From Harriotta raleighana (Eukaryota): 64,000 nucleotides of DNA. This document shows, in pieces, positions 23,857-36,336 of the stretch. A program made the translations under genes and the position numbers. The DNA lies in assembly GCA_050575255.1 (NCBI GenBank), contig JBNZDD010013720.1:5366196-5430195 (forward strand), read 5' to 3'. The number at the start of each line of letters is the position of its first letter. Positions within the stretch are counted from its first letter, which is position 1. The notes under the pieces are model-generated. The model was not told the DNA's origin. It saw only the letters and a list, made by a program, of their open reading frames with translations, and made no database searches.

Positions 23857-24809
23857 TACAATGGTACTGCTGAGATATTTCCAGATTACACGGGCAAACT
23901 AAGGTATCTAATTTATGTTAAACAGATACAATGTTTTTGCGTGATCAACTTGGAGTCTGACAAAAGTGAAAATCCTTGCTGTGCTTCGGAGTCTCCAGTT
24001 CCGGCGACTGAGATCTTAAAGCAGCCAAATATCATTTGTTTCCCCCAAATGAAGGTGTAGTTCTAGAATGTGTAATCTCTTCCCAAGAGAAAGGAAAAAT
24101 ACACTTTGTATATGGCCAGAGAACGTAGAAGCTCATTGGCATAATCTAAGGCATTTCAGAGTCCCCTTGAGATACTCTATCATTAGACTAGCTAATAGCA
24201 TGTAACTCACCATGTAGCTCACTGGTAAGCTTCCCACTGCTGTCAAGCTAGGACAAACCTACCCACAAGGGCACTAACTTTTGAAGTTAGCAGGAGCCTA
24301 ATGGGAAGAATTTCACTCAACAGATCAATCATTAGCAGTACCCTCAAACTACTGCAGAATACCCGGTTCAGGTCATTATAGAAGAAGCTCAACTGCAAAG
24401 TTACTCTATTATTTCCCTCCTCCAGGAGACAGCATGACCCAGTTACAAAGCAGCATTTTGGAGTTAGAATTCATTTTGAACACTGTTCTCCTGTGGACCC
24501 ATCATTTCTAGATGGGTAGTACAACTGCTTCTGGTGCACACCAGCTAGTTGCCTTTACATGCAATTTTCTGCTGAAGTGGGGGAACTTTACTTTGAATGC
24601 AGACTCTATAAATGTAATTTTGTTATTGTTGTTGTAGTGCCCACATACTATAAGAGCAGAGTTCCAATATTCTGTTCTGTTTGATATTTTCTCTATTTTC
24701 TCTGATTCTTTTCTCAATCTATTTTCTTGGAGATTGAAGGAATCTCCATTTGTGTGACTAAAGAACCCCATTCAGCTATACCACAAATTAGGTTTGAACA
24801 TGTAGGGAC

Positions 24810-25110
24810 AATCCCCATCTATCCGATTTGCTTCCCCCGACACTCCACCACCAATTGCTTCCACTCAGCTGGCTCTGCGCCTTCAGCCACGATGCCCCAT
24901 ATCTCTGAAACTCTCTCCTTCAATATCTCCACCTTGTCTGCTCCCTCCCCACTTCAAATCCTGTCAAAAGTCTTTCTTTTTTGTTTGTGCTTACGGTCAC
25001 CTTGCCCCTCCCTCTTCCCCTGGCTTGGGGTCAGACTCCACCACAGTCAAGAGCTGATAGATGCTACACCACATGAAGAGCGCTATACTGCTCTAACTTG
25101 TTGTTGATGC
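24810..25110 (+). mobile_element. degenerate L2 3' end
   Basis: GCCTTCAGCCAC...CTCTGAAACTCTCTCC...pyrimidine tract, tail AGATGCTACACC...GAGCGCTATA...TTGTTGTTG. Confidence 0.6.
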
Positions 25111-26247
25111 CGTCTTGCTATTATCCTCCACAGCAACACACTACATACTAACTTTCCTTCCACATTTTCCTTTCCAGCCCTATTAATTCCAACTCTCAGC
25201 TCAGGTGCAAACCTTTAACTATCCAGCACCATGGGAGGTCCTCCTGACTATACAAGTGCAATTTGTTATTCTTATTGTTGTTGTTGTTGTAGAGGAGCAC
25301 AGCATCAGTGATAGTTGCTTCAGTTTGTACGTCAGTCAACTGGGTAGCCACCAGTTCCTTGATGTAAGAGTTTGTGTACGCAAACCCACAATCTAGCAAC
25401 TGAGTTTCCTCATCAGAATGGCAAATAATTCCCTCCCAATGTGGTGCAGAAACGTTTATTTAGAGGGTGTCTCACAGGGAGTAGAAGTATAAGTAGAGAT
25501 ACAGCAAAGATAGAGGTCAAGGTAGAGTAGAGGACAGCAGAGGTACAACAAACTTAGTATATGGAAGTTGATTGACAGTTGGTAGTCTTCGTGATTTAAT
25601 TTTATCGATGAGATGATTCAGTTGAAAGTTTATACAATGATATTGTATTTGTCAAATGTGATTAGAAGGTTTAAAAGATCTACTTTCCTGCTATACACAT
25701 TTTATGAGGGCATTTAATAATCATGTTCAGTAATTGTTAAAGACTTCTTGTTGAGATAAACCATCACTAGACAAATAGTAATGTAAAATTTCTAAACTTT
25801 TGTTTTGGTTAGCCGGGTATCTGACACATCTGGAAACCAATCACCAGTAAAGCAAATACTGTACATAACCAAATCTTACCCATATGAAGCTCATTTATAT
25901 CTTTATACTAACAGACTACCCATAATCGTATAAAATGTTTGCTGTTTCTGGATCCAATAAGCATTAATGTGAATGACTTAATGTACTTGCCTTTAGAAGT
26001 GCTCTGAGATGCTACTCAGCATGGAGCCCACAAAAAAGTTGTTATTATTGTTGGATGATCTGCTTGATTCCAGTAGCTTTCTGAGGTGTGATGATTTGCT
26101 ATTAAATTTGCTGAGAATACCTTTTCGAATCTGTGCTCTTTTGAAGCCCAATTTTCCGTGTTAGACTTATGGAGTAAAGATGTAGGAGCAAGTGTGACTG
26201 TGGTATAATTAGTACACAAAGCCAACTTACTCGCTTAATCACACAAA

Positions 26248-26545
26248 CAATAATCCTTGCATTTGATAGTGCTTTTCATGTGCTCTATCCATCTCAAAGC
26301 GCTTCACAGAATATACCGTAATGTGAATTGAATGTATATTTTGTGGGTGCTCCCCAGCAGCCAATTGCATATAGCAGTATTCCACAAACAATTGTGGATT
26401 GAATTGACCAATTTATTATTGTGTTTTTTGGGGGGATTATTATCAGGCATGTGGAGTAACTTGTCCAAGCTATTGCCCTGCCTGGAATCGAACCCAGTCT
26501 TTCGCTTGCAAGGCAGGTGCTCTTACCACTGAGCTACAGGACTAC
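26248..26545 (-). mobile_element. tRNA-derived SINE (short subtype)
   Basis: Reverse complement has head GTCCTGTAGCTCAGTGGTAAGAGC...GGTTCGATTCCAGGCAGGGC, core, and tail ATCAAATGCAAGGATTATT. Confidence 0.9.
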
Positions 26546-27920
26546 ACAACACTGCGCTACCTGCATGCCAGTGGTTTGTTGTGCTAAAATAAGTGACTCT
26601 ATAAATTGTGCAAGTTCCTTTTGATAGCTTTGTTGAAACAACAGCAACACAATTGCATCTGTATAGCTTCTTTCATGTCGGGAGGATTTCCCAAGCTGTG
26701 AAACGCACAAATGCCTTAAATCTACTGTACAACTGCTTAATTGGCAATTATCTAAGTTGGCATAAGCTTTTCTATGATCAAAGTGTCAGTTTTAGTAAAT
26801 TAGAAAACACAGGCACAGGTGAGGCTATTCTGCCCATTGAGCCTGCTCCACAAGTTGATTAGAATTTGGTATCCCAATGCCCTGTCTTTTTGCCACCCAT
26901 ACCTTTGGCATTGGTACATGAGCAATTATGCTAGCTAGTTGCATGTTATATGAGTTTGGTTATCCAGTTATACTTGGGTGTTATTGGATCTTTATTTGAA
27001 AACTAGATTTATGCAGCTTTTAAACAAAATCCAAGAAATTTCGATAATTCTAGACATTTTCTAATTTTAAGACAAACTAATCTTAATTGGGGGAATTTCA
27101 GGCTTATTGATTTATATTCATCACGTGAATGGTATGTGATCAATTCTTGTGCCAATTGCTTTCTATATTGTACAAATTATGATTTGAACTCTCAGCCCTG
27201 AACTTTATTTTCCCAAGGCAGTTATCTTTAATTCTTATTATCATATTGGTTCACATGGAGGTCGCCCAGTCATTCATCATTGTCACTTTGAAACAACTTT
27301 TGAGAATTGCTGTCAGTCTTTTCTTTCCTCTTGTGGGGATTCCATAACATATGAGTCCTTTATACAATCTAGTTGAAATTGACACTTAGGATAAGGGATG
27401 GATAATACCAGAAATACACAACACCACTCCATGTTCGTCACTGCTTTTCATATTGTTTGACTTTGTATAATACAGTACCACTGAGCTTTTTCAGTTCATT
27501 TGCTTTTTTGAAAAAATGATATTAATTAAGATAACTATTGTTAATTTCATTGCTGCACATAATCCTATAAAATTGAGAATGGAGAAGAATTAAAAGTTAA
27601 GTAAAATGTTAAGCTTGATTAAGTCTTTCAAAATTGAGACACCAAAGCTTTGTAGACTTTTAAGCTTGAAGCACAATGTTTTAAAGCTTACAAGTTTCAC
27701 AGGATTGAAGTGTCCTGTGACACTGGAACACATTGATATGGTTTGAGAAGAAACATGGCTTTAAACCATCCTGATATTCCAGAAATGATTTCACAGTTGA
27801 CTAATTCAATTTGAAGTTAAACCTAACTAAGTAGTAGCTTGGTTGAATTGGTAAGTCGCTTAGCTCTGGGTCAGGAAACTGTCCATTTCAGCCACAGTCA
27901 ACACTGTGGTAAGAGTGAGT

Positions 27921-28170
27921 CAGAATGGAATGGAAACNNNNNNNNNNNNNNNNNNNNNNNNNNNNNNNNNNNNNNNNNNNNNNNNNNNNNNNNNNNNNNN
28001 NNNNNNNNNNNNNNNNNNNNNNNNNNNNNNNNNNNNNNNNNNNNNNNNNNNNNNNNNNNNNNNNNNNNGACACCACACAGTCGCTGACCTCGGCCTTTTA
28101 AACCCTCCCGGCAAGGCCTCGGCTCCGCCCCTCGATCCCCGCTCACTCACTCGACCGTAGAGATGAGGGC
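27921..28170 (-). mobile_element. putative young retroelement insertion, interior in gap 27938-28068
   Basis: 10-bp direct repeat AAGAGTGAGT at 27911-27920 and 28171-28180; CpG-rich right end; short GAATG-repeat left end. Confidence 0.45.
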
Positions 28171-29562
28171 AAGAGTGAGTGCCGAATAATAATAAGCCGA
28201 CTCGCTTGCTTCCAGTTTTATGTTACACTAAAATAGCAAATGCCTGGGTCATTTGGTTAAATCCATCATTGGAAGAGACATTCAAATTTGACATTGGAAG
28301 AGACCTAATGATTACAAATCAGCCATTTTAACATCCTTGTCTTAATAAAAGTAGACTTCTGGTTTGTCATGTTAGAAAAAACATCACTTCCTGTTTTGTC
28401 CATGCACAGAATATGCAATTGATGTTGCCAGTGACTCGATGAACTGAAAGTTTACCATTTGTTCTATTAGTGCAGAATAAGCTTCTGAGCTGGAAGTGAG
28501 TCGATGTGGGAGTCATTCAGGCAAGTGAACAGCTGTTGCACAAAATGCAACTTCTTAAACTACCGGAGCCACAGGCATCGTGCATAACCCTTGTAATTTG
28601 GGCGATGTATTGTGTTACGTTTGGGAGCATTTTTAGCAGGCAATAAGCCAATGAGGTGGTTATAATTGGAATGGTGGCACTGTGCACTGCTATTTACAAA
28701 GCTGGAGAGATTACAGACATATCAGGATCATTTTACCTGAATGACTATGCCCTTTTAAATATTATTGAATTATGAATACCAATCACTATTACACTCATAA
28801 TGTGAACATGCAATGGGAGTTTTGTTTGACGCTCAATATCTTTCCATTTAGATGATGCTCTGTTCCTAAAGGGTATCCATGCTGTTTTGAGTCCAGACGG
28901 AATTCACAAGAGCAACACACCATTTATAGCGCATTGGTGTCAAGTACCTGCAATGCAGGCCTTTGTGAGGCAGTTTTTTTTATATAGTAGTTATTGAAAT
29001 ATTTGTTTACAGAATATTGCATTAAGAAGAGGTTCTCCCTTTAATGATTTGGTTTATAGAGCTCTTTTAAAAAAAAAATTCTAACAATATGTGGTAAATC
29101 TCTTTTCAATTTTATAAAAGAATTAAATTTGCTAGGAATCTATTCACTGAACAAATGCTGTGTATGTATTTGTATAAATTTGAATGTCAGCAATTGGGAC
29201 TAATCTTCTGGTTTTAAATTCTATAAATGTCATCATTAAATGCTAACAAACATTTTATTTGATGAAGAACACATTTAAGACACATTTAATTCCAACAATA
29301 TGTCACACAAACAATTTGAGTATCAAAACACAGGTAGCTTGATATCATATGCAAGTGGAAGAATAAACTAACCACTGCTAATTGTAAAGTCTAGTCATTA
29401 GCCAAACATTACACTGCGGTTGAAAAAGAACTCCTGGAAAATGATAAGAGATGCAGACAGTGCAAGTTCCTTGTGTAATAAGCTGTCACTCCATCAAGAG
29501 CCACATGTATTCAGGTTCATGAGAACCTTGGCTTCAATCCAAGATCACCATGAAACCAACTT

Positions 29563-29894
29563 GGAGCTCCTGTGGCTCAGTGGTTAGAGCACTCGCCTTA
29601 CATGCCTTACAAGCATGAGACCTGTGTTCGAATCCAGGCAGATCAGGGCGAAACCTTGGGCAAGTTTCCTTACTCCACATGCCTAATAATAATCCCTCCA
29701 AAAAAACTACAATAATAAAATTGATCATTTCAATCTATGACTGTTTGTGGGACACTGCTGTGCGCAATTGGCTGCCGCGTTCCGCCCACAAATATACAGT
29801 CAATTCTCTTTACAGTATATTCTGTGAAGCACTTTGGGACGTTGATAAGATGTGAAAAGCGCTATATCAAATGCAAGGATTATTATTATTATTA
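29563..29894 (+). mobile_element. full-length tRNA-derived SINE (short subtype), best-preserved copy
   Basis: A box TGGCTCAGTGG, B box GTTCGAATCC, core GTTTGTGGGACACTGCTGTGCGCAATTGGCTGCCGCGTTC, tail GCGCTATATCAAATGCAAGG(ATT)n. Confidence 0.95.
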
Positions 29895-31352
29895 TAAAGC
29901 GTAACAAACCTGAGATTTTTTTCCCATCCCACTTATTCCCTTCTATTCAATTTGGAATGGGGATACAATACTGTGACCAAGTGACTTACAAAATGACACT
30001 CAGCCTAATTCCCAATTTAAGATTATGCATAATGTGAAAAGTTCTTGAATTAAATCTTAGTATTTGAGTGGGTTTCTGCAGTTCTTAAAAAAAATTTTTT
30101 TCAAACTTAGTCTAGAATTTTAAGATTTTCTATGTACGATTATTATAGCTTACGTGAAAATGATCTTTCAGGGTTATATTTCAGAATTGAGATTCAGTAA
30201 CACAGCTCAGACAAGGATTCAAACATTTTGATCTATTGCCTGGTGTATCAACTGGGAGACTGTTAACTGCATTTCTTTTACCTTTACTGAAAACATTCTG
30301 TTTTTCACAGTGCTAAGAAGAATGCGTTACAGGCAGAAGTGTCTCCATTTATTACTTTTACCTAATGGAAATATTATGTTAAGGCCAACTGTCCCCATTA
30401 CATTCTCAGGATTGGATAAATGTATCAGTATTGCAAAAACATGTAGCTTCCTCACAACTTCTAAACCAGACTTAAATAAATCTCTCAGCATAACTAAGTT
30501 GCATTGCTCTTTCTAACCTCTTCAGATTCAGCTCAGAGCAAGACAGACAGATATTAAAGACTTTAAGTGCATATAATCCTCCTCATGAAAACCTAATAAA
30601 TAAAATAACAAAAGAAAGAACTGGCCTTTGAGATAGACAGTCAGTAACTGGAACTTTTAACTGTTGGTGGAACATGTCAAGATCTGTGATACGATGTCTG
30701 AATAATGTCTGAAAAATGATCTGCAGAGATAATGTTGGAATGTTGGAATGCATCCTGTTTATCTAACTATGGAAAGTGTTAGGTGCAGATTGGTAAATCC
30801 CAAGGCTTGGGGATTACAGAGTGTGTGTTGGTGTATTGCTGGGGCCTGACCAGCTACAAGTGCATAGCTTGCCATTGATATTGCTGTCTGTCAGGCTTTC
30901 CCATTCTTGTCCATCTTGGACCACAATTCCTTTGCTTGCAGGATTAACAGGAGTTCAGTGGGATGACTCGCTGTCGCCATTGACGAGTCTGCCGTTTCAG
31001 CTCCTACTGATGAGCCATGCTGGCTGTGCTGTCATCAGCAATGCCCTGGAATACTGTGGACCCATCTGGCTCAGGAACTGTCCTCCTGATGTGAAAAGTT
31101 TTATACAAATGTAATTTTGTTGTTTTATCGGGTCCACTAGAGAGAGCTGGCTTGATTTCAACATTCCATGGCCAGGCATGTCACCTTGGAGTCAGTTTAT
31201 GCTTACCTTCGTCCCCGCGCCCCACCTCCACGAGGCAACCTCTACTGGTTGTACACGTATGTGGTAGTCAGATGTGAGAGCATTGAACTCAGCTGTGATG
31301 CCCTCGGCTGTTGACTGGCCTGCCGATACACACTACTATGGCTCAAATAAAA

Positions 31353-31479
31353 GGGTCATGAACCCGAAACATTGACTCACTTTCCTTTCTCTCATGGATG
31401 CTGCCTGACCTGCTGAGTTTCCCCAGCAACTTCTGTTTTTGTTTCAGATTTCCAGCATCTGTATTATTTTGTGTTGTAT
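31353..31479 (+). mobile_element. Penelope-like terminal-repeat fragment with truncated hammerhead motif
   Basis: GGGTCATGAACCCGAAACATTGACTC...GGATGCTGCCTGACCTGCTGAGTTTCCCCAGC...; perfect 10-bp TSD TCAAATAAAA at 31343-31352 and 31480-31489. Confidence 0.8.
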
Positions 31480-32329
31480 TCAAATAAAATAATGATTACT
31501 TGAGTAGAGTAATGGAAGGCAACCAGTCAGTGCTGTAGAACAGCACCCTAGCAAGCGGAAGGCAGAGAAATAGCAGAGAGGCACATGCTAGTGGGGAGAA
31601 AATTAGAATAATAATTGGGCTGACTAAATTTACAAAAATAAAATGTGGGGCATTCAAGTCCTTTGGCAATATGGTGACAATAAAATGACAACTCGTCTAT
31701 CAAGACTACATTGGAAAAATGCACGTGACTAATTGCTGTAGATGTGAGAGAGGCAGAACAGTAAAGAAAAAAATCATCAAAACCAAAGTATTGATTGATT
31801 GGATTTTCCTTGTGTGTGCATCAATTAACTGTAGGACAATGAACAATGACATATAGGACACTTGGAAGGAATATCTTTGTACTGCCACTCTATCGCTAAC
31901 ATATAAAGCTTAATTATTGTTAAGACTAGTGTTATTAAATATTAGAATTAACTTGGCCAACGACTGATGAATTGGTAAAACATTCAATATTTTGGAAAAA
32001 AAATGAGAATAAACAGGTGGTCCAGTAACTGAGACCAGATCCTCCCAAGTTAAAGTTTTGTGATTTTTAAAAAGAATTTCTGCACAAGTAATTACATTCA
32101 TTAAGCCTATTCCATTTAAGCGCCTTGGGACGTCCTCCCGATGTGATAGGCGTTATATAAATGTAATTTTGAGTGAATATTGATTGATTGCAACATCTGT
32201 ATTCAATTATTGCACACTTCTCTGGGTGGTTCCTCAAAGATAGTTGAAGACCTGGGGAAAGATCCTGCTTACCTTCATTCCCAAGAAGTTAAAGTATCTA
32301 GTCATGATATGGTACGACTTTGTTGACTT

Positions 32330-32600
32330 GGATACACTACATTTGTACATTGTGTATGTCCACTGGATTTGAACTAGAACATTTGATCACTGAAAGTCAA
32401 CTTCTGACCATTTCTATACTCAGTTTTGCACAATTTTCCTACCAACATCCTAATTATATTGAAATCGACATCCATTACAACACATCGTTCTCTGATTCCT
32501 TCTTTCGCCGGACCTCAATACTGTGGAGCTCCTTCATTCTTTTATTCCACTTGTAATATACAGGCTTCTAAAACCCAAGGCTTTGTGATACCTAATTGCT
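32330..32600 (+). mobile_element. very degenerate 3' end of a CR1/L2-group LINE distinct from the other LINEs here
   Basis: Translation HPNYIEID...TSFSDSFFRRTSILWSS resembles the HP...SFFPRT..LWNSLP C-terminal motif of CR1/L2/Crack-group ORF2. Confidence 0.45.
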
Positions 32601-33419
32601 ACTTGGGTACTGGATCATGCCCTCTCTTCTATTCATGCTGATCTAGTGTTGTTCTATGAGCCTTATACTTTGCCTATGTTTTTCAGCACAAAAATTATCG
32701 TTTGAGACCTGGAATTAACTTTGGAATAGGTACCAATGTTTACTACATTCTTATGATTCCGGAGTAAAATGCTCTCTGATACTATGCGGGGGAATGATGT
32801 TTGTGACAGGTTTTGCCTGTGAATATATTAGCGAATGAAGCTTCTTGAAATCAATGGACAATGTATATCGTTACTCAATGCGTTTTTTTACTGATGATGC
32901 TGAATCAGCTACAGGTTCGTTCTTCAATACACATGACTTAATTCAAGAAGAAAAAGAGTTTTAAACCACACATTGAAGGGTAAGTAACACTAAAAGTTCA
33001 CCCAAAGTAACTGAATGATAAAAGCTTACTAGATTAATGAAAAGGTACATTTATAAAATAATTTCTACATGCAAACATCTCAAAGTACTTAATATAAGTA
33101 TGACTTAATTCCAAATGGTTCTAGTGTCACCAAACAGTATGTGCTATGAATGTCGGTGAAGTACGTTTTTAATTCCTAATCATGAGACAGACCATAACTC
33201 GCAAGAAAAAATATAGTTTTCTTGTTCTGCATAGGACAGGTACAGGTACAAAATATTTCAAAGAAATGCAATGGTGGTAATATTATACTTGTTTGACTTT
33301 GTTTTTCTCTGTGTACTCACCATGCAAATCAGAGGGCATAAAATGGAAGAATGACTATCACCCAGGCCTCTGCAAATGTTGACTACTTGATAAACCATCA
33401 AGGGTACTATGAAAGCACT

Positions 33420-34030
33420 ATGACCCTGTTTCCAAGGTTTGCTTTTGTATTCACCAAAAATTTGGATATTTTAAGTTTGATGTCCTCATCTAGACCATTG
33501 ATATAGAGTGTAAATAGTTGAGGCCCTGATCCTTGTGGCATTCCACTAGTCAAATCCTGCCAATCTGAGAAGGACCCGTTTATCCCTACTCTCTGTTTTC
33601 TTCTCATTAGCCATTCTTCAATCCATGCTAATATATTCCCCTTAATTCCATGGGCCCTTATTTTGTGGATTAACCTTTTATGTGGCTCCTTATCAAATGC
33701 CTTTTAGAAATCGAAATACACTATATCTCAGACTGGATCACCCCTATCTAATCTACTTGATATGTCCTCAAAAAAACTAAAAGATTTGTTAAGCGTGACT
33801 TCCCTTTTGTAAAGCCATGTTGACTCTGCCTAATCATATTGTGGACCTCTAAGTACCCCACTACGACATCCTTAATTAAGGATTCTAGAATTTTTCCTAC
33901 CACCGATGTCAGACTAACTAGTCTATAGTTCTCCATCTTTTCTCTCTCACCCTTCTTAAATAGTGGTGTGATGTTTGCGAACTTCCAATCAATGGGAACC
34001 ATTCCAAAATCCAAAGAATTTTAGAAGATC
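33420..34030 (-). mobile_element. internal CR1 reverse-transcriptase fragment (disrupted)
   Basis: DWKFANITPLFKKG...NYRLVSLTSVVGKILES, QSQHGFTKGKSRLTNLL, RKQRVGINGSFSDW...GMPQGSGPQLFTLYIN...ISKF, split across frames with deletions. Confidence 0.93.
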
Positions 34031-34049
34031 AGACTCAAGGTCACTACAT

Positions 34050-34262
34050 CCCCAAACGCAGATACCCTCTCCCTCCACCTTAACTCCCCACGCCCCCCTC
34101 CCCCACCACCCCCTTTTCATATCCCTCCTGAAAACTTTATTCTGTGACTGTGCTTTCGGCTACCTCCCCCACCATCCCCAAAGCTCAGAGTCAGGCTCTG
34201 CCACTGCTAAGGTCTGTGAGATGCTACCCAGTGTAGAGAGAGATATATAACTGCAAGTTGTT
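34050..34262 (+). mobile_element. L2 3' end
   Basis: C-rich UTR, CTCCTGAAAACT...TGACTGTGCTTTCGG, tail TGAGATGCTACCCAGTGT...TATATAACTGCAAGTTGTT. Confidence 0.7.
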
Positions 34263-34280
34263 GATATCATTTAATATCGT

Positions 34281-34580
34281 AGAGTCCTGTCGCACAGTGG
34301 TTACAGGATTTGCCTGACAAGCGAGAGACTTGGTTTCAATTCCCGGCCAAAGATGGCAAAAGATTGAGCAAATTTCCTTACTCCACATATCTAATAATAA
34401 TTCATCAAAAAAAAATTGTCATTTCAATCCAGTGACTTGTGACATACTGCTATGCTCAATTGGCTATTGTGTTTCGCCCTCAAATATACAGTCAATTAAT
34501 TCACTTTACAGTATATTCCGTGAAGCGCTTTGAGACATCTGGAAGACGTGAAAAGCGCGATAGCAAATGCAAGGATTATT
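34281..34580 (+). mobile_element. tRNA-derived SINE (short subtype)
   Basis: Colinear with 29563-29894 over head, core and tail. Confidence 0.9.
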
Positions 34581-35584
34581 CTTATTAATATTTTGACGTA
34601 CCATTCTATGATGTGTTTAGAAGAAAGAGAGAACATAATTTGATGACAATGAAACTCCCTTATTTGAGATTGTTAGTGGGGTGACTGAAGTTGAGAAATA
34701 GAAATAGACACTAGAGGATTATTTGGGAAAAGGGGATGGTATATTCCGAAGAATGTATGTGTGCGAAAATTATTTTAGAGGTTGTATGAATACAAATGTA
34801 ATGCTGTTGTTGTATGTGTGCATGCACAAATTTCTTGAAAGATAATTTTCAATCTATTGTAGATTCAAGTCCTAAATGTTTTTCAGTGTTTGTTGGTTAA
34901 CGTTTAGGAAAATTAAAAATGAAAAGAGCCTTTAAGCTTGTAAAATGATCAAATTGCATGACACTGGTGCTTCAGAATCCGATGTTAAACTTCTTGAAAT
35001 GCCTGAAGCTCGTCAAAGTGAGTTGGTTGTCAGATTGCATTGAATCAAGCGGCCAGTGCTATTCTCGGGCTGTAATTACAAAATGCTGCCATGGGCTGGT
35101 GTGTGATTAAATCAATACTTCACTTGCTGCCCAAGCATTGATTAAATTATATTTTGGAACCAATGTGTAGGGTGCGAAACCTTCAGAACTGTCTGTGGAC
35201 CTGTGCTATGCATGATACTTAAACAAAAGTATCCTCCTCAGGAGTATTGGTGCTCCAGATTCCTAGTTGTACCTGTGTGCAAAGAGTTTCTCAATTGGTG
35301 AGTTTCTGAATTCAGGAGAGGGAAGTGGTAAGTGGAGGCTGACCAAATGGAGGGAAAATCACCCCAGGCCACTTTTCCTTACTCCATAACAGCCAATACA
35401 AGGCAGCTTTACTGACCTAGAAACGGATTATTTAACCTGTCCTTCGTTGCTTAGTGGTGTGTACCAGAGGGGGAGAATTTGAAGAAGTAAAGTAAGTAAA
35501 TGTCGGTGTCCTACTTACTGCCTCACTTGTTTCAAGATCTTATAGCTTCTGATATAAAACATAGAGATTTGTAAATTGTCAGCA

Positions 35585-36030
35585 CAGTAAAATTCTGATA
35601 ATTTGGCACATTCGGGACCTAGGTGGTGCTGGATTATCAAATATGATGGATTATTGGACGTTACTTTTAGGGATGGGAGGATTTGACTGTGCTGTCACAG
35701 CACACTCAAATCCTCCCATCCCTGTGCTCTTATCTATGTTACATACCTGTATAACAAAAAACAGAGCTCTCCCCATTCCGGTGGAACAGGCGGGCCACCT
35801 AAAGAGGCATCGCACAAGCCGAAAGATAATTAAAAAATAAATTGCACGTGCATGCGCACTTATTAAAGCGCGCATGTGCAAACGTGACATCAGAGATGGG
35901 CCTCCGAGGAAAATGCACCAAGTAGTGTGAAGGCTCTCTGGGATGAGATGCATATATTGGAAAAAGACAGACCATCACAGACTTTTAGGCATTTCACATT
36001 ATCAGGTGCCTGATTAAAGGAATTTTACTG
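35585..36030. mobile_element. pogo/Tigger-like MITE, subtype C, with internal hairpin
   Basis: Imperfect TIRs CAGTAAAATTCTGATAATTTGGCAC and GTGCCTGATTAAAGGAATTTTACTG; flanks are CA and TG rather than TA. Confidence 0.7.
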
Positions 36031-36336
36031 TGCTTCCATAAAACCATATTGATTTTAACATTAGAAATATTTCTAAAAGAAATTTACTGCAATGCAACAA
36101 AAAAATGAAAGAGTTACAACACATTCATCTTTATCAATACAAAAAGTCTGATTTATAGCAAAATTATGCTTAGTCTGTTTTACAGAGTTCAGATGTTCCT
36201 AATTCCTAAAAGTGTACCTTTATGTTCTATTTAATGTTATATATTCAAAACAATTAGGTATTGTGATGAGATAAGCTCGGGGAAAATCTTTTCACTGAGC
36301 AGTGATTTGGTAAACAGGTGGTGTAAATTAAAAATA

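Noticed and set aside
29563-29650. tRNA genes at SINE heads
   Set aside because: A and B boxes are present but the acceptor stem is not intact, and each continues into SINE body and tail.
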